NCBI GenBank assembly: GCA_937899895.1
Contig: CALBQR010000034.1
Span: 2,514 to 66,513, forward strand
From: an uncultured Alistipes sp.
GTDB lineage: Bacteria; Bacteroidota; Bacteroidia; Bacteroidales; Rikenellaceae
Length of the DNA stretch: 64,000 nucleotides
Reading direction: 5' to 3'
In this document: in pieces, positions 1 through 9,720 of the stretch
Position numbering within the stretch: the first letter of the stretch is position 1
Layout: every line of letters starts with the position of its first letter
The notes under the pieces: model-generated
Seen by the model: the letters and a program-made list of their open reading frames with translations, nothing else
Database searches by the model: none
What the model was told of the DNA's origin: nothing
Made by a program: the position numbers and the translations under genes

Positions 1-1131
1 TATTTTGCGATGCCATTCGACCTTGCTCTTATATAGCTGGTTTATAGACTCTTTGCTCGAAGACTCATCCCACGAGAAGGTCGATCGGGATGATGCTGCC
101 GAGGTACGGGCATCGTTCCAGATCTGTTGTCTTTCGCGGATAGAGAGCGAGGCGATCGTATCTTCGTACAACGCTTGTTTGAAGGCCGTTTTATCTATAT
201 CGACTTTCAAACTATCGGGAGTTGGCAATACAGTTATATCCTCTTGGAATACCTGCTCTTTGAGTAGCGGCTCGTATGAGCGCGCAGTCGAAACCGTAAC
301 AAGTGTTTCGAGCGAGTCAATCGAGGTATCCAACTCGTTGATATTTTTTGTCTGAGGCGAGGTAAATAGGTCGTCGTTCGTTCTCTCAAAACTGAACCCC
401 GAAGTGGGAATAGCTCCATTCTGCTCCTTGAAATATGAACGGCGCAGGGTGCTCTCGTCGTGCCAACTGCTATTACGTGTCTGCTCGTATGATTCACCGT
501 TGTAGAGCGTAATCAGAAGGAATTTCTTGTCGTCAGACAGACGGATATAGCCCGAATCGGCAACGGTGGTTGACATATTGCCACTGATATTGCGGTTGTC
601 ATATATCAATACATCGCGCAGAAGTTTTGTTTCGGGATCCTGCGTGCCGACGCGAATATTCAGATTATCAACGCCATTGAAGAACATTCCATCTTGAAAT
701 TCGAGAGTCTGTTTTTGCTGGCTGATGTCGTAGAGGATGCTATACATCTTTTTGTTTGAGTATGGCACAAGGTTGTTAGCTACAAAGAAACTGCCGATAG
801 CCACAATACAGATTACAACCAACAGCGAGCGTAGAATCTTCAATAGCGACATACCTGCCGATTTCATTGCCAGCAGCTCGTAGTTCTCGCCGAGATTACC
901 CATTGTCATAATGGCGGCAAACAGCGTAGCCAGAGGAAGACCCATCGGGATCATATTGGCCATTGCGTAGCATAGCAACTCGATAATAACAGAGCTGTCA
1001 AGACCCTTTCCGACCAGATCGTCGATGTAACGCCAAACGAAGTTCATCATCAGCACGAACATCACAATCAGGAACGTGAGAACCATCGGTCCTAAATATG
1101 ATTTGAGAACAAATTTATCTATCTTTTTCAT
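1..1131 (-). CDS. LptF/LptG family LPS export permease (3' end runs off the window)
   Basis: Manual translation from ATG at 1131: MKKIDKFVLKSYLGPMVLTFLIVMFVLMMNFVWRYIDDLVGKGL...GNLGENYELLAMKSAGMS, typical of LptF/G. Overlaps the upstream stop by ATGA. Not in the ORF track because it is truncated. Confidence 0.9.
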   Translation of the reverse strand, partial: MKKIDKFVLKSYLGPMVLTFLIVMFVLMMNFVWRYIDDLVGKGLDSSVIIELLCYAMANMIPMGLPLATLFAAIMTMGNLGENYELLAMKSAGMSLLKILRSLLVVICIVAIGSFFVANNLVPYSNKKMYSILYDISQQKQTLEFQDGMFFNGVDNLNIRVGTQDPETKLLRDVLIYDNRNISGNMSTTVADSGYIRLSDDKKFLLITLYNGESYEQTRNSSWHDESTLRRSYFKEQNGAIPTSGFSFERTNDDLFTSPQTKNINELDTSIDSLETLVTVSTARSYEPLLKEQVFQEDITVLPTPDSLKVDIDKTAFKQALYEDTIASLSIRERQQIWNDARTSAASSRSTFSWDESSSKESINQLYKSKVEWHRKI

Positions 1132-1964
1132 CGGCTCGTAATGAGTTTGATTTTGCTACGTGCGGGTAGCAGTTTTACGACTATAAGCGTGAGTGTCAGG
1201 ATGAAAATGATCACAGCACTCGGCGGGATCTCGAAATAATAACTTACAATCAGTCCGATTGTGTTTGCGCTCATTCCGACAACTGCGGACCAAATTGTAA
1301 TCTGTCGATACGACTTGGTGATCGAATTGACGATTACGGCAGGCATTGTAAGCAACGAAATCAGCAGAATGATTCCCATCGCCCTGATTGATAGCACAAT
1401 AGTTACGGCAACTACTATTGCCATTATGTATGAAATGGTACGGATCGGGATGCCTTGCGAGGCGGCAAAATCACGATCAAAGGCTACAAACATAATGTGT
1501 CGCAACCAGAGCAGCGCTCCGATTATCAATGCCGCGCACAGCACACCGAGAGCAACCACATCGCCCTCGGTTACGGTAATAATGCTTCCAAACAGATATG
1601 CCGCCAAATCTCCTGCCGTGTATCCCGGTCGAAGATTCATAAACACAATTCCTATTGCCATTCCGACCGACCAGACAATGCCGATTGCCGAGTCTTGGCG
1701 GATACGTCCGCGCTCGCTGGCCCATTCGATGCCGATAGCCGCCGCAATGGCGAAGATCAATGCGCCGACAATCGGGTTTGTGTTGGCATACAGCGCGATA
1801 CCCAGACCACCGAACGATGAGTGGGTAATACCTCCGCTCAAAAATACCATACGACGAGCTACAATATAGGTGCCGACAATGCCGCACGCGATGCCTGAAA
1901 GGATGCAGACGAACAGAGCATTGCTCAAATGAGGGTATTGTATTATGTCGTTAATAAATTCCAT
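1128..1964 (-). CDS. Metal (Zn/Mn) ABC transporter permease, ZnuB/ABC-3 family
   Basis: Multi-TM protein with GTYIVARRMVFLSGGITHSSFGG, YLFGSI and FDRDFA motifs. Start MEFINDII at 1964 preferred over TTG at 2003. Confidence 0.9.
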   Translation of the reverse strand: MEFINDIIQYPHLSNALFVCILSGIACGIVGTYIVARRMVFLSGGITHSSFGGLGIALYANTNPIVGALIFAIAAAIGIEWASERGRIRQDSAIGIVWSVGMAIGIVFMNLRPGYTAGDLAAYLFGSIITVTEGDVVALGVLCAALIIGALLWLRHIMFVAFDRDFAASQGIPIRTISYIMAIVVAVTIVLSIRAMGIILLISLLTMPAVIVNSITKSYRQITIWSAVVGMSANTIGLIVSYYFEIPPSAVIIFILTLTLIVVKLLPARSKIKLITSR

Positions 1965-2000
1965 AAAGTTCAATCGCGCGTACGTGCGCGTATCAACTTG

Positions 2001-2032
2001 CAAAGTTACGACATTTCGCCGACCTCGCCAAA
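2001..2032 (-). promoter_or_regulatory. Bacteroidota sigma-A promoter for the permease/lptF operon
   Basis: Minus strand TTTG-N20-TAACTTTG matches the -33/-7 consensus. Confidence 0.7.
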
Positions 2033-2147
2033 TTACGTGGCTATATTTCTACGCTTCTCGCACTCTTTTGTTTGGAATATTTAGTGAGGAAGATTGTTTT
2101 TTGTGGCACTTTTTGTAATTTCGCACTATTAAACGAACGTTAATTCT

Positions 2148-3458
2148 ATGGAAGAGAATCGTGGTCGCCGAGTCAGTTTCCATACTCTCGGCTGTAAATT
2201 GAACTTCTCGGAGAGCTCGACGTTGGCACGCCAATTTGAGCAGAATGGTTATGTGCGAGTGGCGAGCGAACGAGAGGCTGATGTCTGTGTGATAAATAGT
2301 TGCTCGGTAACCGAGCACGCCGATAAAAAATGTCGTAATCTTGTGCGCAAAATACATCGTCGTAACCCTTCGGCAATTATTGCTGTAACGGGCTGTTATG
2401 CGCAGCTTAAACCGAATGATATTGCCGCAATTGATGGTGTTGATATCGTTTTGAGTAATAATGACAAAGGAGATTTATATCAACGAGTGGTTGAACTTGC
2501 TGGTAGAAAGTCTGCTACCCCCTTCGTTACCTCCTGCCAGACGGCTGAATTGACGCGATTTTTTGCCTCTTTTTCGAGTGGCGACCGTACGCGAACATTC
2601 TTGAAAGTTCAGGACGGCTGCGACTATAAATGCGCCTATTGTACGATCCATTATGCGCGTGGATCGAGTCGAAATATGCCTATTGCCGACTTGGTTGAAG
2701 AGGCTCGCGAGATTGCTCGTTTGGGTCAAAAGGAGATTGTTATTACGGGTATCAATACGGGCGATTTCGGTCGCACTACGGGTGAGAGTTTTTACGACTT
2801 GCTCTGTGCGTTAGATGAGATTGAGGGAATCGAGCGTTATCGAATTTCGTCGATCGAGCCTAATCTGCTGACGGATGAAATTATCGAATTGTGTGCTCGC
2901 TCGACCAAATTCCAGCCCCACTTTCACATCCCTTTGCAGAGTGGTTGCGATAGTGTTTTAGCGCGTATGCGACGACGCTATACCACAGCGCGTTACGCCA
3001 ATCGAATTGAAGCAGTGCGAAAGCTGATGCCCGATGCCTTTATTGGTATTGATGTGATTGTCGGATTCCCTGGTGAAACAGAGGAGGATTTCCAAACGAC
3101 ATACGACTTTTTGGAGCAATTGGCACCCGCATATCTGCATATCTTCCCATTCTCGGAGCGACCGAATACGCCTGCAATTTTGATGCCCGATAAGGTGCCG
3201 CCACAGGTGTCGGCCGAGCGAGTTAAGCGACTTGAAGAGCTTTGTTGCCGTTTGAATCGAGATTTCTGCCTGCGACACGTTGGCAAACGAGCCGAAGTGC
3301 TGTTCGAGGGGCCGGCCAAAGGTGGTATGATGTCGGGCTTTACAGCCAACTATATTAAGGTGCTTGCGCCATACGATAGGGCGAAAATTAATACCATTGT
3401 GTCGGTAGAATTGGAATCTGTGGCGGATAATTGCGATATGATTGTGCATTTATTGTAG
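2148..3458 (+). CDS. mtaB: tRNA t6A37 methylthiotransferase MtaB (radical SAM)
   Basis: HTLGCKLNFSES N-terminal MTTase domain, NSCSVT, KVQDGCDYKCAYC (CxxxCxxC), IVGFPGETEEDF. Confidence 0.93.
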   Translation: MEENRGRRVSFHTLGCKLNFSESSTLARQFEQNGYVRVASEREADVCVINSCSVTEHADKKCRNLVRKIHRRNPSAIIAVTGCYAQLKPNDIAAIDGVDIVLSNNDKGDLYQRVVELAGRKSATPFVTSCQTAELTRFFASFSSGDRTRTFLKVQDGCDYKCAYCTIHYARGSSRNMPIADLVEEAREIARLGQKEIVITGINTGDFGRTTGESFYDLLCALDEIEGIERYRISSIEPNLLTDEIIELCARSTKFQPHFHIPLQSGCDSVLARMRRRYTTARYANRIEAVRKLMPDAFIGIDVIVGFPGETEEDFQTTYDFLEQLAPAYLHIFPFSERPNTPAILMPDKVPPQVSAERVKRLEELCCRLNRDFCLRHVGKRAEVLFEGPAKGGMMSGFTANYIKVLAPYDRAKINTIVSVELESVADNCDMIVHLL

Positions 3459-3538
3459 AAAATGTGTATATTTGCAAATTAGAGTACGTATATAATACGT
3501 AAGGAGTTGTAAAAACAAGGTTTTAACACTGAATTTAG

Positions 3539-4318
3539 ATGAAAGGATTACGTAAAAAAGTCGTTATAGGTTTCGGTTGTATCGTATTGCTTTTGGCCTT
3601 TTCGGGCCTTGTTTCGATGCTGGAACTTGGTCGATTGAGCCGCGATGCAGAGGAGATTTTCGGCGCAAGTTCGCGTAATGTCGAGTTGGCGCAGGATATG
3701 TTGGATGCAGCACAGAGTCAGCATACAACTCTGATGCATATTGCCGTATTTGGTCAATATGAATATGCCGATTCGTGTCGCCATAGCTCTGATCGATTGA
3801 CCGCAACGCTTGAACGTGCTCGTGAGGAGATATATGATGCCACATCGCTTGACTCGCTCTCGGCGGCTACATTGCGTTTGACAAAGACGGTTGAAGATTT
3901 CTTGGCAGTAGCCCCTTATGTTGAACGTACCGATTCGATGATCCGAGTCAATGCCGCTTGGTATAGTCGTCAATATGAGAGCGACTATATGGAATTGCAT
4001 AACGCTGTAAAAGACTATATTACCTCGATGCAGGGCACTCTTGCGCCTCGTACCGAGCTATTGAAAAAGAATGCCTATCGAACGGTTATGCCTGTGCTGA
4101 TCACACTGATTGTAACCATTTTGATTGTGCTAATGCTCTACTATTTCGTTGATTGCTATGGTGTAAGACCGATAATTGAGTTGAATAAACGCCTTGATGA
4201 CTATTTGCGATATAAATTGCCATTTACGGTCAAGGGTGAGTTTGTCGATGAGTTGGCGTCGATCAAGGAGCAGATCGAGGTGCTCATCACTCGCAACAAA
4301 CGTCGTATAGACGATTAA
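3539..4318 (+). CDS. Membrane protein with periplasmic four-helix-bundle (MCP-like) sensor domain
   Basis: Two TM segments flank a helical periplasmic region, followed by a short HAMP-like tail (PIIELNK...DELASIK). No kinase domain. Confidence 0.6.
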   Translation: MKGLRKKVVIGFGCIVLLLAFSGLVSMLELGRLSRDAEEIFGASSRNVELAQDMLDAAQSQHTTLMHIAVFGQYEYADSCRHSSDRLTATLERAREEIYDATSLDSLSAATLRLTKTVEDFLAVAPYVERTDSMIRVNAAWYSRQYESDYMELHNAVKDYITSMQGTLAPRTELLKKNAYRTVMPVLITLIVTILIVLMLYYFVDCYGVRPIIELNKRLDDYLRYKLPFTVKGEFVDELASIKEQIEVLITRNKRRIDD

Positions 4319-4341
4319 ACAAAACAAAGGGGAGAGGGAAT

Positions 4342-5793
4342 ATGCGACTGAGCGTTATATTTCGATACATTGGCATTGTGATGCTGTTTTTGGCGTTGTT
4401 TATGTTGGCGTCGGCAGGCGTTTCGTACATAAATCACGTTGATACGGCATTCTATCCGCTGCTCATCTCGTTTATGCTGACGGTGGTGCTCGGTGTCTTT
4501 CCGTTGATTTTTGTCAATAAGGACCCTAACGCAACGATGACCACCAAGGAGAGCTACTGCATTGTGGTCGGTGCGTGGTTGTTGGCTTGCGTGGTCGGTA
4601 TGTTCCCGTACCTAATTTGGGGCGGTGAGTTCTCGCTGATCAATGCTTGGTTTGAGAGTGTGTCAGGATTTTCGTGTACGGGAGCGTCGATTTTGAACGA
4701 TATCGAGGCTCTGCCGCGAGGTCTGCTCTTCTGGCGATCGACGACTAATTGGATCGGTGGTGTGGGCGTAGTCATCTTTGCAATGATGATTCTGCCGACG
4801 CTGGGTCGCAATCGCGCAATGCTGACCAATATCGAGATGTCGGCAATGGCCAAGGATAACTACCACTACCGCTCGCAGCAGTTGATCCGAATCCTGATCA
4901 CGACCTATATCTGTGTTACGTTGCTCTGTATGTTTGCGCTGAAATTGGCGGGTATGACGTGGTTTGACGCTTGTACGCACGCGATGAGTACGGTTTCGAC
5001 GGCGGGTTTCAGCACCAAGAATGCCAGCGTCGGACATTTCGATAGTGTGGCAATCGAGTTGATACTGATCGTAACGATGTTTGTGTCGGCGATCCACTAT
5101 GGCTTGCTGTTCTCGACATTGACGGGAAAGCGTAACAATATCTTCCGCTCGGAGGTTGTTAAGACCTATCTTGTTGCATTGGCAGCCAGCTCGGTGCTGA
5201 TTGCAGTCAGTCTGCGTCTGGCAGATGTTTATCCTACCCTGCTCTCGTCGTTCCGCCACTCGCTGTTCCAGGTGGTTTCGATTTCGACAACGACAGGCTT
5301 TGCTACGACCGACACCAATTTGTGGACACCGTTGGCGGTGATGATTTTGGTAGTTCTGTCGTTGACGGGTGCTTGTGCGGGCTCAACCTCAGGCGGTTTG
5401 AAGTTCGATCGACTGATTTTGGCGGCTAAGTCGGTGAAGGCGCGTATCGTGCAGCAACAACACCCAAATGCTATTGTGCGAATCAAAATTGATGGTGTGA
5501 TTCAGCGTACCGACACTGTTAGTACGGTGATGACCTTCATTGTTTTCTATATTTTGTTAATTCTGATCGGAGTCTTTGTCAATTCGCTCTATGGTATCGA
5601 CTTGACAACGGGTTTCTCGTCGGCAGTGGCTTGTGTGTCGAATGTTGGTCCGGGTTTCGGTGAGGTCGGCTCGGTTTGCAACTTCTCGTCGCTGCCGTCG
5701 ATGGTGAAATTTACCGATACGTTGTTGATGTTGTTCGGCCGTTTGGAGATTTTCGGATTGATACAGATCTTTTTGATCAAATGGTGGATTTAG
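4342..5793 (+). CDS. trkH: TrkH family potassium uptake protein
   Basis: FESVSGFSCTGAS, STAGFS, TTTGFA, GACAGSTSGGLK, SNVGPGFG and GRLEIF pore-loop motifs. Confidence 0.95.
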   Translation: MRLSVIFRYIGIVMLFLALFMLASAGVSYINHVDTAFYPLLISFMLTVVLGVFPLIFVNKDPNATMTTKESYCIVVGAWLLACVVGMFPYLIWGGEFSLINAWFESVSGFSCTGASILNDIEALPRGLLFWRSTTNWIGGVGVVIFAMMILPTLGRNRAMLTNIEMSAMAKDNYHYRSQQLIRILITTYICVTLLCMFALKLAGMTWFDACTHAMSTVSTAGFSTKNASVGHFDSVAIELILIVTMFVSAIHYGLLFSTLTGKRNNIFRSEVVKTYLVALAASSVLIAVSLRLADVYPTLLSSFRHSLFQVVSISTTTGFATTDTNLWTPLAVMILVVLSLTGACAGSTSGGLKFDRLILAAKSVKARIVQQQHPNAIVRIKIDGVIQRTDTVSTVMTFIVFYILLILIGVFVNSLYGIDLTTGFSSAVACVSNVGPGFGEVGSVCNFSSLPSMVKFTDTLLMLFGRLEIFGLIQIFLIKWWI

Positions 5794-5803
5794 AATTTTG
5801 GCT

Positions 5804-7378
5804 ATGAAGAGATACTCGATATTACTACTAACGATATTTGCATTTGCCGCAGGATATGTGGTGGCACAACCTCCCGTTAAGGCTCGTATTGCAGGATTGG
5901 AGAATAATGCAGAATATATGGAACTGCTCGCTGATGGAGTGCGCTTGCAGCAGCAAGAGGACTCTGTGATGCGTGTCGTAGAGCAAAATCGACGACTCTT
6001 TTCGGAGGATCCCGCTAATCGCGCGAAATATGGCGAGGCGATTCTGGCTCTTGAAGAGCAGGTATTCAGTTTGCGCAATCGTAAGGGTGATATCTTTGGT
6101 CGAATAAATACTATTGAGCAAGATTGGTTGATTGAGAATATGAGTTCCGGTCAACCTGCGCAGGTCGTTGTCGAGGAGGCGGTTGCTGATACCGTAATCG
6201 AGCAGGCTTCGGTGCAGACGACGCGTATAGTCGATGATATCCATTTTGTAACCGAACTCGATTCGACGGATTATGTCGCTTTGCAACGTGCGCAAAACGA
6301 TGAGTTGAAGGTCGTTGAGTTTGTTAATATGTTCAGTGAGAACCACGCGGCAATGGAGTCGATACGTGTTCAGTATGAGCAGACACAAGATGCGGCCGAG
6401 GCATCACGCCTCTACTCAAATTATCAGGTATTGAAGGGTTTATGCTCGGCATTGAACGACTCTATCTCGACCCGTTGGAGTACGATCTTCGACGCGAAGA
6501 GTTTTGCGTATAACTTTATGCTCGAAAAGAATCGCCGCGATGATCTGCTTGAAAACTGTGAGTTGGCACTTTCTCAGGCTCTGCAACGCGCCGCAGCCGA
6601 TCGTGGTCGATATGCTTCGGATGCAATGAGTAGCTATTTCAATACCAAGCAGAGCCTTGTGGCTACCGAAATCGAGTTGGCGCGAATGTTTGGCTTGGGT
6701 CTGGCGCAGGACTCGTTGAAAATGGTTTCGCGTCAATTGGAGACGATTGATTACCGCCTGCCGAAGATTGAGATTGAGGAACGATTCTTCCTCGCTTATG
6801 AGCCGATCGGAGTGTCGTCGCCCGCACGATATAACTCGCGTAATCCTATCCCCGAATGTGAAATATATGAGCGTGGCACGATCTACCGAGTTTTGCTTGG
6901 AACTTTCTCTTCGCAACAGCCGATCTCGATCTTTAAGGGGGTCTATCCTCTCTATAAATTAAAAACCGAGGAGGGTAAATATCGCTATTTTGCAGGTGGT
7001 TTTGCGACCGAAGCGGAGGTTGATGAGGCTCAAATCAGATTGAAGAATATGGGTTTCAAACGACCGGAGGCGACGGTTTGGATTGATGGTGTATATACCA
7101 ATTTGGTTGAGGTGCGCGAGGCGGAGGGCGATAAGACACAGATGTTCCGTGTTGAGATCGCAGGTATTGAACAGATGACTCCCGAATTGCGTGCTGCACT
7201 TGACCAATCGGCTGCCGATAAAGATATTACGCGTATTAATGGCCGTTTTATCGTAATGTCGTTTGCGGAGCGCGAGCAGGCTGATGAGGTTGCTGCGGCA
7301 GTTGTCGAAGCGGTTGAAGGAGCAACGGTCGAGGTTACGATGATCGAGGTTGAAGTCGCTCCGGAGGCTGCGGAGTAA
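5804..7378 (+). CDS. Secreted coiled-coil protein with C-terminal SPOR-like domain
   Basis: Signal peptide MKRYSILLL; YRVLLGTFS...YRYFAGGFATEAEVDEAQIRLKNMGF resembles a SPOR repeat. Confidence 0.6.
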   Translation: MKRYSILLLTIFAFAAGYVVAQPPVKARIAGLENNAEYMELLADGVRLQQQEDSVMRVVEQNRRLFSEDPANRAKYGEAILALEEQVFSLRNRKGDIFGRINTIEQDWLIENMSSGQPAQVVVEEAVADTVIEQASVQTTRIVDDIHFVTELDSTDYVALQRAQNDELKVVEFVNMFSENHAAMESIRVQYEQTQDAAEASRLYSNYQVLKGLCSALNDSISTRWSTIFDAKSFAYNFMLEKNRRDDLLENCELALSQALQRAAADRGRYASDAMSSYFNTKQSLVATEIELARMFGLGLAQDSLKMVSRQLETIDYRLPKIEIEERFFLAYEPIGVSSPARYNSRNPIPECEIYERGTIYRVLLGTFSSQQPISIFKGVYPLYKLKTEEGKYRYFAGGFATEAEVDEAQIRLKNMGFKRPEATVWIDGVYTNLVEVREAEGDKTQMFRVEIAGIEQMTPELRAALDQSAADKDITRINGRFIVMSFAEREQADEVAAAVVEAVEGATVEVTMIEVEVAPEAAE

Positions 7379-7490
7379 ATCGTTACACTACGGCTCTCTA
7401 TGTAATCGTTGAAAGCGAAGATATAACGATTGTAAAATTGAAATGATTTTTGTATCTTTACACAAATAATAGTTAAAACTTTTTGTAGTT

Positions 7491-7955
7491 ATGTTTTGGA
7501 TTGTGTTGCTCATTATTCTCGGAGCTATTTTTCTGATGGCCGAATTGGTCCTATTGCCCGGCGTTTCGATTGGCGGTATTCTTGCGTTGGCGTGTGATGC
7601 TGCGGCTATATATTTTGCGTTCGTTTGGTCCGGATCGACTATCGGTTGGATTGTTGTCGGCGTAATTTTGATTGTGGGATTGTTGGTAACCATATTGTCT
7701 TTACGATCAAAAACTTGGCAAAAACTTTCGCTTCGTCAGGAGATTACCTCGTCAAGTATGGAGATGCCGCAAGAAAGCAATGTGAAGATTGGCGATCGAG
7801 GCGTTGCAATTACCCGCTTGGCCCCTATGGGAAAGGTCGAGATTGATGGTAAGACCTTTGAGGCAAAGAGTATCTCGGAGCTTATTGACGAACATTCGCA
7901 GGTCGAGGTTACGGGCTATGAGAATTTTAATGTGATTGTTAAGCGAGTTAAATAA
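7491..7955 (+). CDS. nfeD: NfeD family protein (short form)
   Basis: AELVLLPG TM region and C-terminal OB-fold GVAITRLAPMGKVEIDG; lies directly upstream of floA. Confidence 0.9.
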   Translation: MFWIVLLIILGAIFLMAELVLLPGVSIGGILALACDAAAIYFAFVWSGSTIGWIVVGVILIVGLLVTILSLRSKTWQKLSLRQEITSSSMEMPQESNVKIGDRGVAITRLAPMGKVEIDGKTFEAKSISELIDEHSQVEVTGYENFNVIVKRVK

Positions 7956-7984
7956 TAAAACAATAACCATAAAACAACTAAACT

Positions 7985-8965
7985 ATGGCTGAATTTGACA
8001 GTGTGGGTATGATTGCCCTTATAGGCGTTGCGGGTTTTGTCCTCCTGCTGCTTATTTTCTATTTTATCCCGATGGGTTTATGGTTCTCGGCATTGGTGTC
8101 GGGCGTAAGAATCAACCTGTTGCAGTTGGTGCTGATGCGTTGGCGTAAGGTGCCGCCTTCGGTTATCGTGTCGTCGATGATTGAGGGTACAAAGGCTGGC
8201 TTGCGTTTGAACTCAAATGAGCTTGAAGCCCACTATCTTGCAGGTGGTAATATTACTAATGTCGTTCACGCGCTTGTGTCGGCTCAAAAGGCAAATATCA
8301 ACCTGGATTTCCAGATGGCTACGGCAATTGATCTGGCGGGCCGTGATGTGTTTGAGGCAGTACAGATGTCGGTTAATCCGAAGGTTATCAATACTCCTCC
8401 CGTTTCGGCTGTTGCCAAGGATGGTATTCAGTTGATTGCAAAGGCTCGTGTTACGGTGCGTGCAAATATCAAGCAACTGGTCGGTGGTGCCGGTGAGGAG
8501 ACTGTTTTGGCACGTGTCGGTGAGGGTATCGTATCGAGTATTGGTTCGTCGGATACGCACAAGAGCGTGTTGGAAAATCCCGATATGATTTCGCGTGCGG
8601 TGCTTAATAAGGGCCTTGATGCAGGTACTGCTTTTGAGATTCTTTCGATTGATATCGCCGATGTGGATGTAGGTAAGAATATTGGTGCGGAGTTGCAGAT
8701 TGATCAGGCAAATGCCGATAAGAATATTGCGCAGGCAAAGGCCGAGGAGCGTCGCGCAATGGCTATCGCTCTCGAACAGGAGAATAAGGCGAAGGCGCAG
8801 GAGGCCCGTGCTCGTGTAATTGAGGCCGAGGCCGAGGTGCCGCTGGCTATTGCCGAGGCATTCCGTTCGGGCAATTTGGGTATTATGGATTATTATAAGT
8901 TGAAGAATATCCAGGCAGATACCACGATGCGTGAGAGTATCTCTCGCCCGAATGAGAAGAAGTAG
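7985..8965 (+). CDS. floA: Flotillin-like protein FloA (UPF0365/YqfA)
   Basis: [53 protein letters not shown] motifs. Confidence 0.93.
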   Translation: MAEFDSVGMIALIGVAGFVLLLLIFYFIPMGLWFSALVSGVRINLLQLVLMRWRKVPPSVIVSSMIEGTKAGLRLNSNELEAHYLAGGNITNVVHALVSAQKANINLDFQMATAIDLAGRDVFEAVQMSVNPKVINTPPVSAVAKDGIQLIAKARVTVRANIKQLVGGAGEETVLARVGEGIVSSIGSSDTHKSVLENPDMISRAVLNKGLDAGTAFEILSIDIADVDVGKNIGAELQIDQANADKNIAQAKAEERRAMAIALEQENKAKAQEARARVIEAEAEVPLAIAEAFRSGNLGIMDYYKLKNIQADTTMRESISRPNEKK

Positions 8966-8986
8966 CCTACCGCTACCCTTTCGCTG

Positions 8987-9028
8987 AAAAATAATCGCGC
9001 TCATCGTTCGGTGAGCGCGATTATTTTT
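8987..9028. terminator. Bidirectional intrinsic terminator between floA and the HD protein
   Basis: Perfect inverted repeat AAAAATAATCGCGCTCA / TGAGCGCGATTATTTTT between convergent genes. Confidence 0.88.
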
Positions 9029-9030
9029 TG

Positions 9031-9651
9031 TTAGAGGTTTAACTCTGCCGAAAAAAGCTCGTTGAAGGCCTTGCGCAACAGCTCTCGATCGGATATTACA
9101 CGTCGCAACTCGGCAAGTCTTTGGCTATTTTTCGATTGTGGGATCCATAGTCGCAAATAGCCACCTTCGGCGTATTTCTCTTGTAGATGGGCGCAAAAAC
9201 GGTTGTATTGCTCCTCTTTGTTTAATTGAGGGTAGTTTGCCAAGCCATATTGGATCGTGCGGCGCAGAGTGGTTGCGGGATCGATTACGCGATCAGCTTC
9301 GGCCACAATACGGCCATATATTGAGCGTGGTTCGTGTTTTGATGATGCTCGATGATCCTCTGCCGCGCAGGCGATAGTGTCGATCTCCTCTTCGGTAAAC
9401 CATTCTCGCAGGCGAGTGTCGGCACGAACAATCTCACCCGATACAATGTGGTGGCGTTCGCGTCCTGCACAAAGACCGAGGTCGTGATATGCGGCAGTTG
9501 TATATACGATGCGGATATCAACGTCGTAAAATGCAGCTAACGAAAGGCTCTCTTCGATTACTGTTCGAGCGTGATCGATCGAGTGTGCACGATCAAAATG
9601 GCTGTATCGAGGAAGTATCTCCGTTTCGATATATCGTTTCAGTTTTTCCAT
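9031..9651 (-). CDS. HD-domain phosphohydrolase
   Basis: H...AAYHDLG...DHRAS...VAEADR metal-binding motifs. Confidence 0.88.
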   Translation of the reverse strand: MEKLKRYIETEILPRYSHFDRAHSIDHARTVIEESLSLAAFYDVDIRIVYTTAAYHDLGLCAGRERHHIVSGEIVRADTRLREWFTEEEIDTIACAAEDHRASSKHEPRSIYGRIVAEADRVIDPATTLRRTIQYGLANYPQLNKEEQYNRFCAHLQEKYAEGGYLRLWIPQSKNSQRLAELRRVISDRELLRKAFNELFSAELNL

Positions 9652-9662
9652 TGAGTTGAGAT

Positions 9663-9693
9663 AAAAAAGAACCGACCGTTGATAGGTCGGTTC
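9663..9693 (-). terminator. Intrinsic terminator after the lipoprotein gene
   Basis: GAACCGACC-N7-GGTCGGTTC followed by a T-run on the minus strand. Confidence 0.75.
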
Positions 9694-9720
9694 GATATCT
9701 ATGCTTTTCAGTTATCGGTG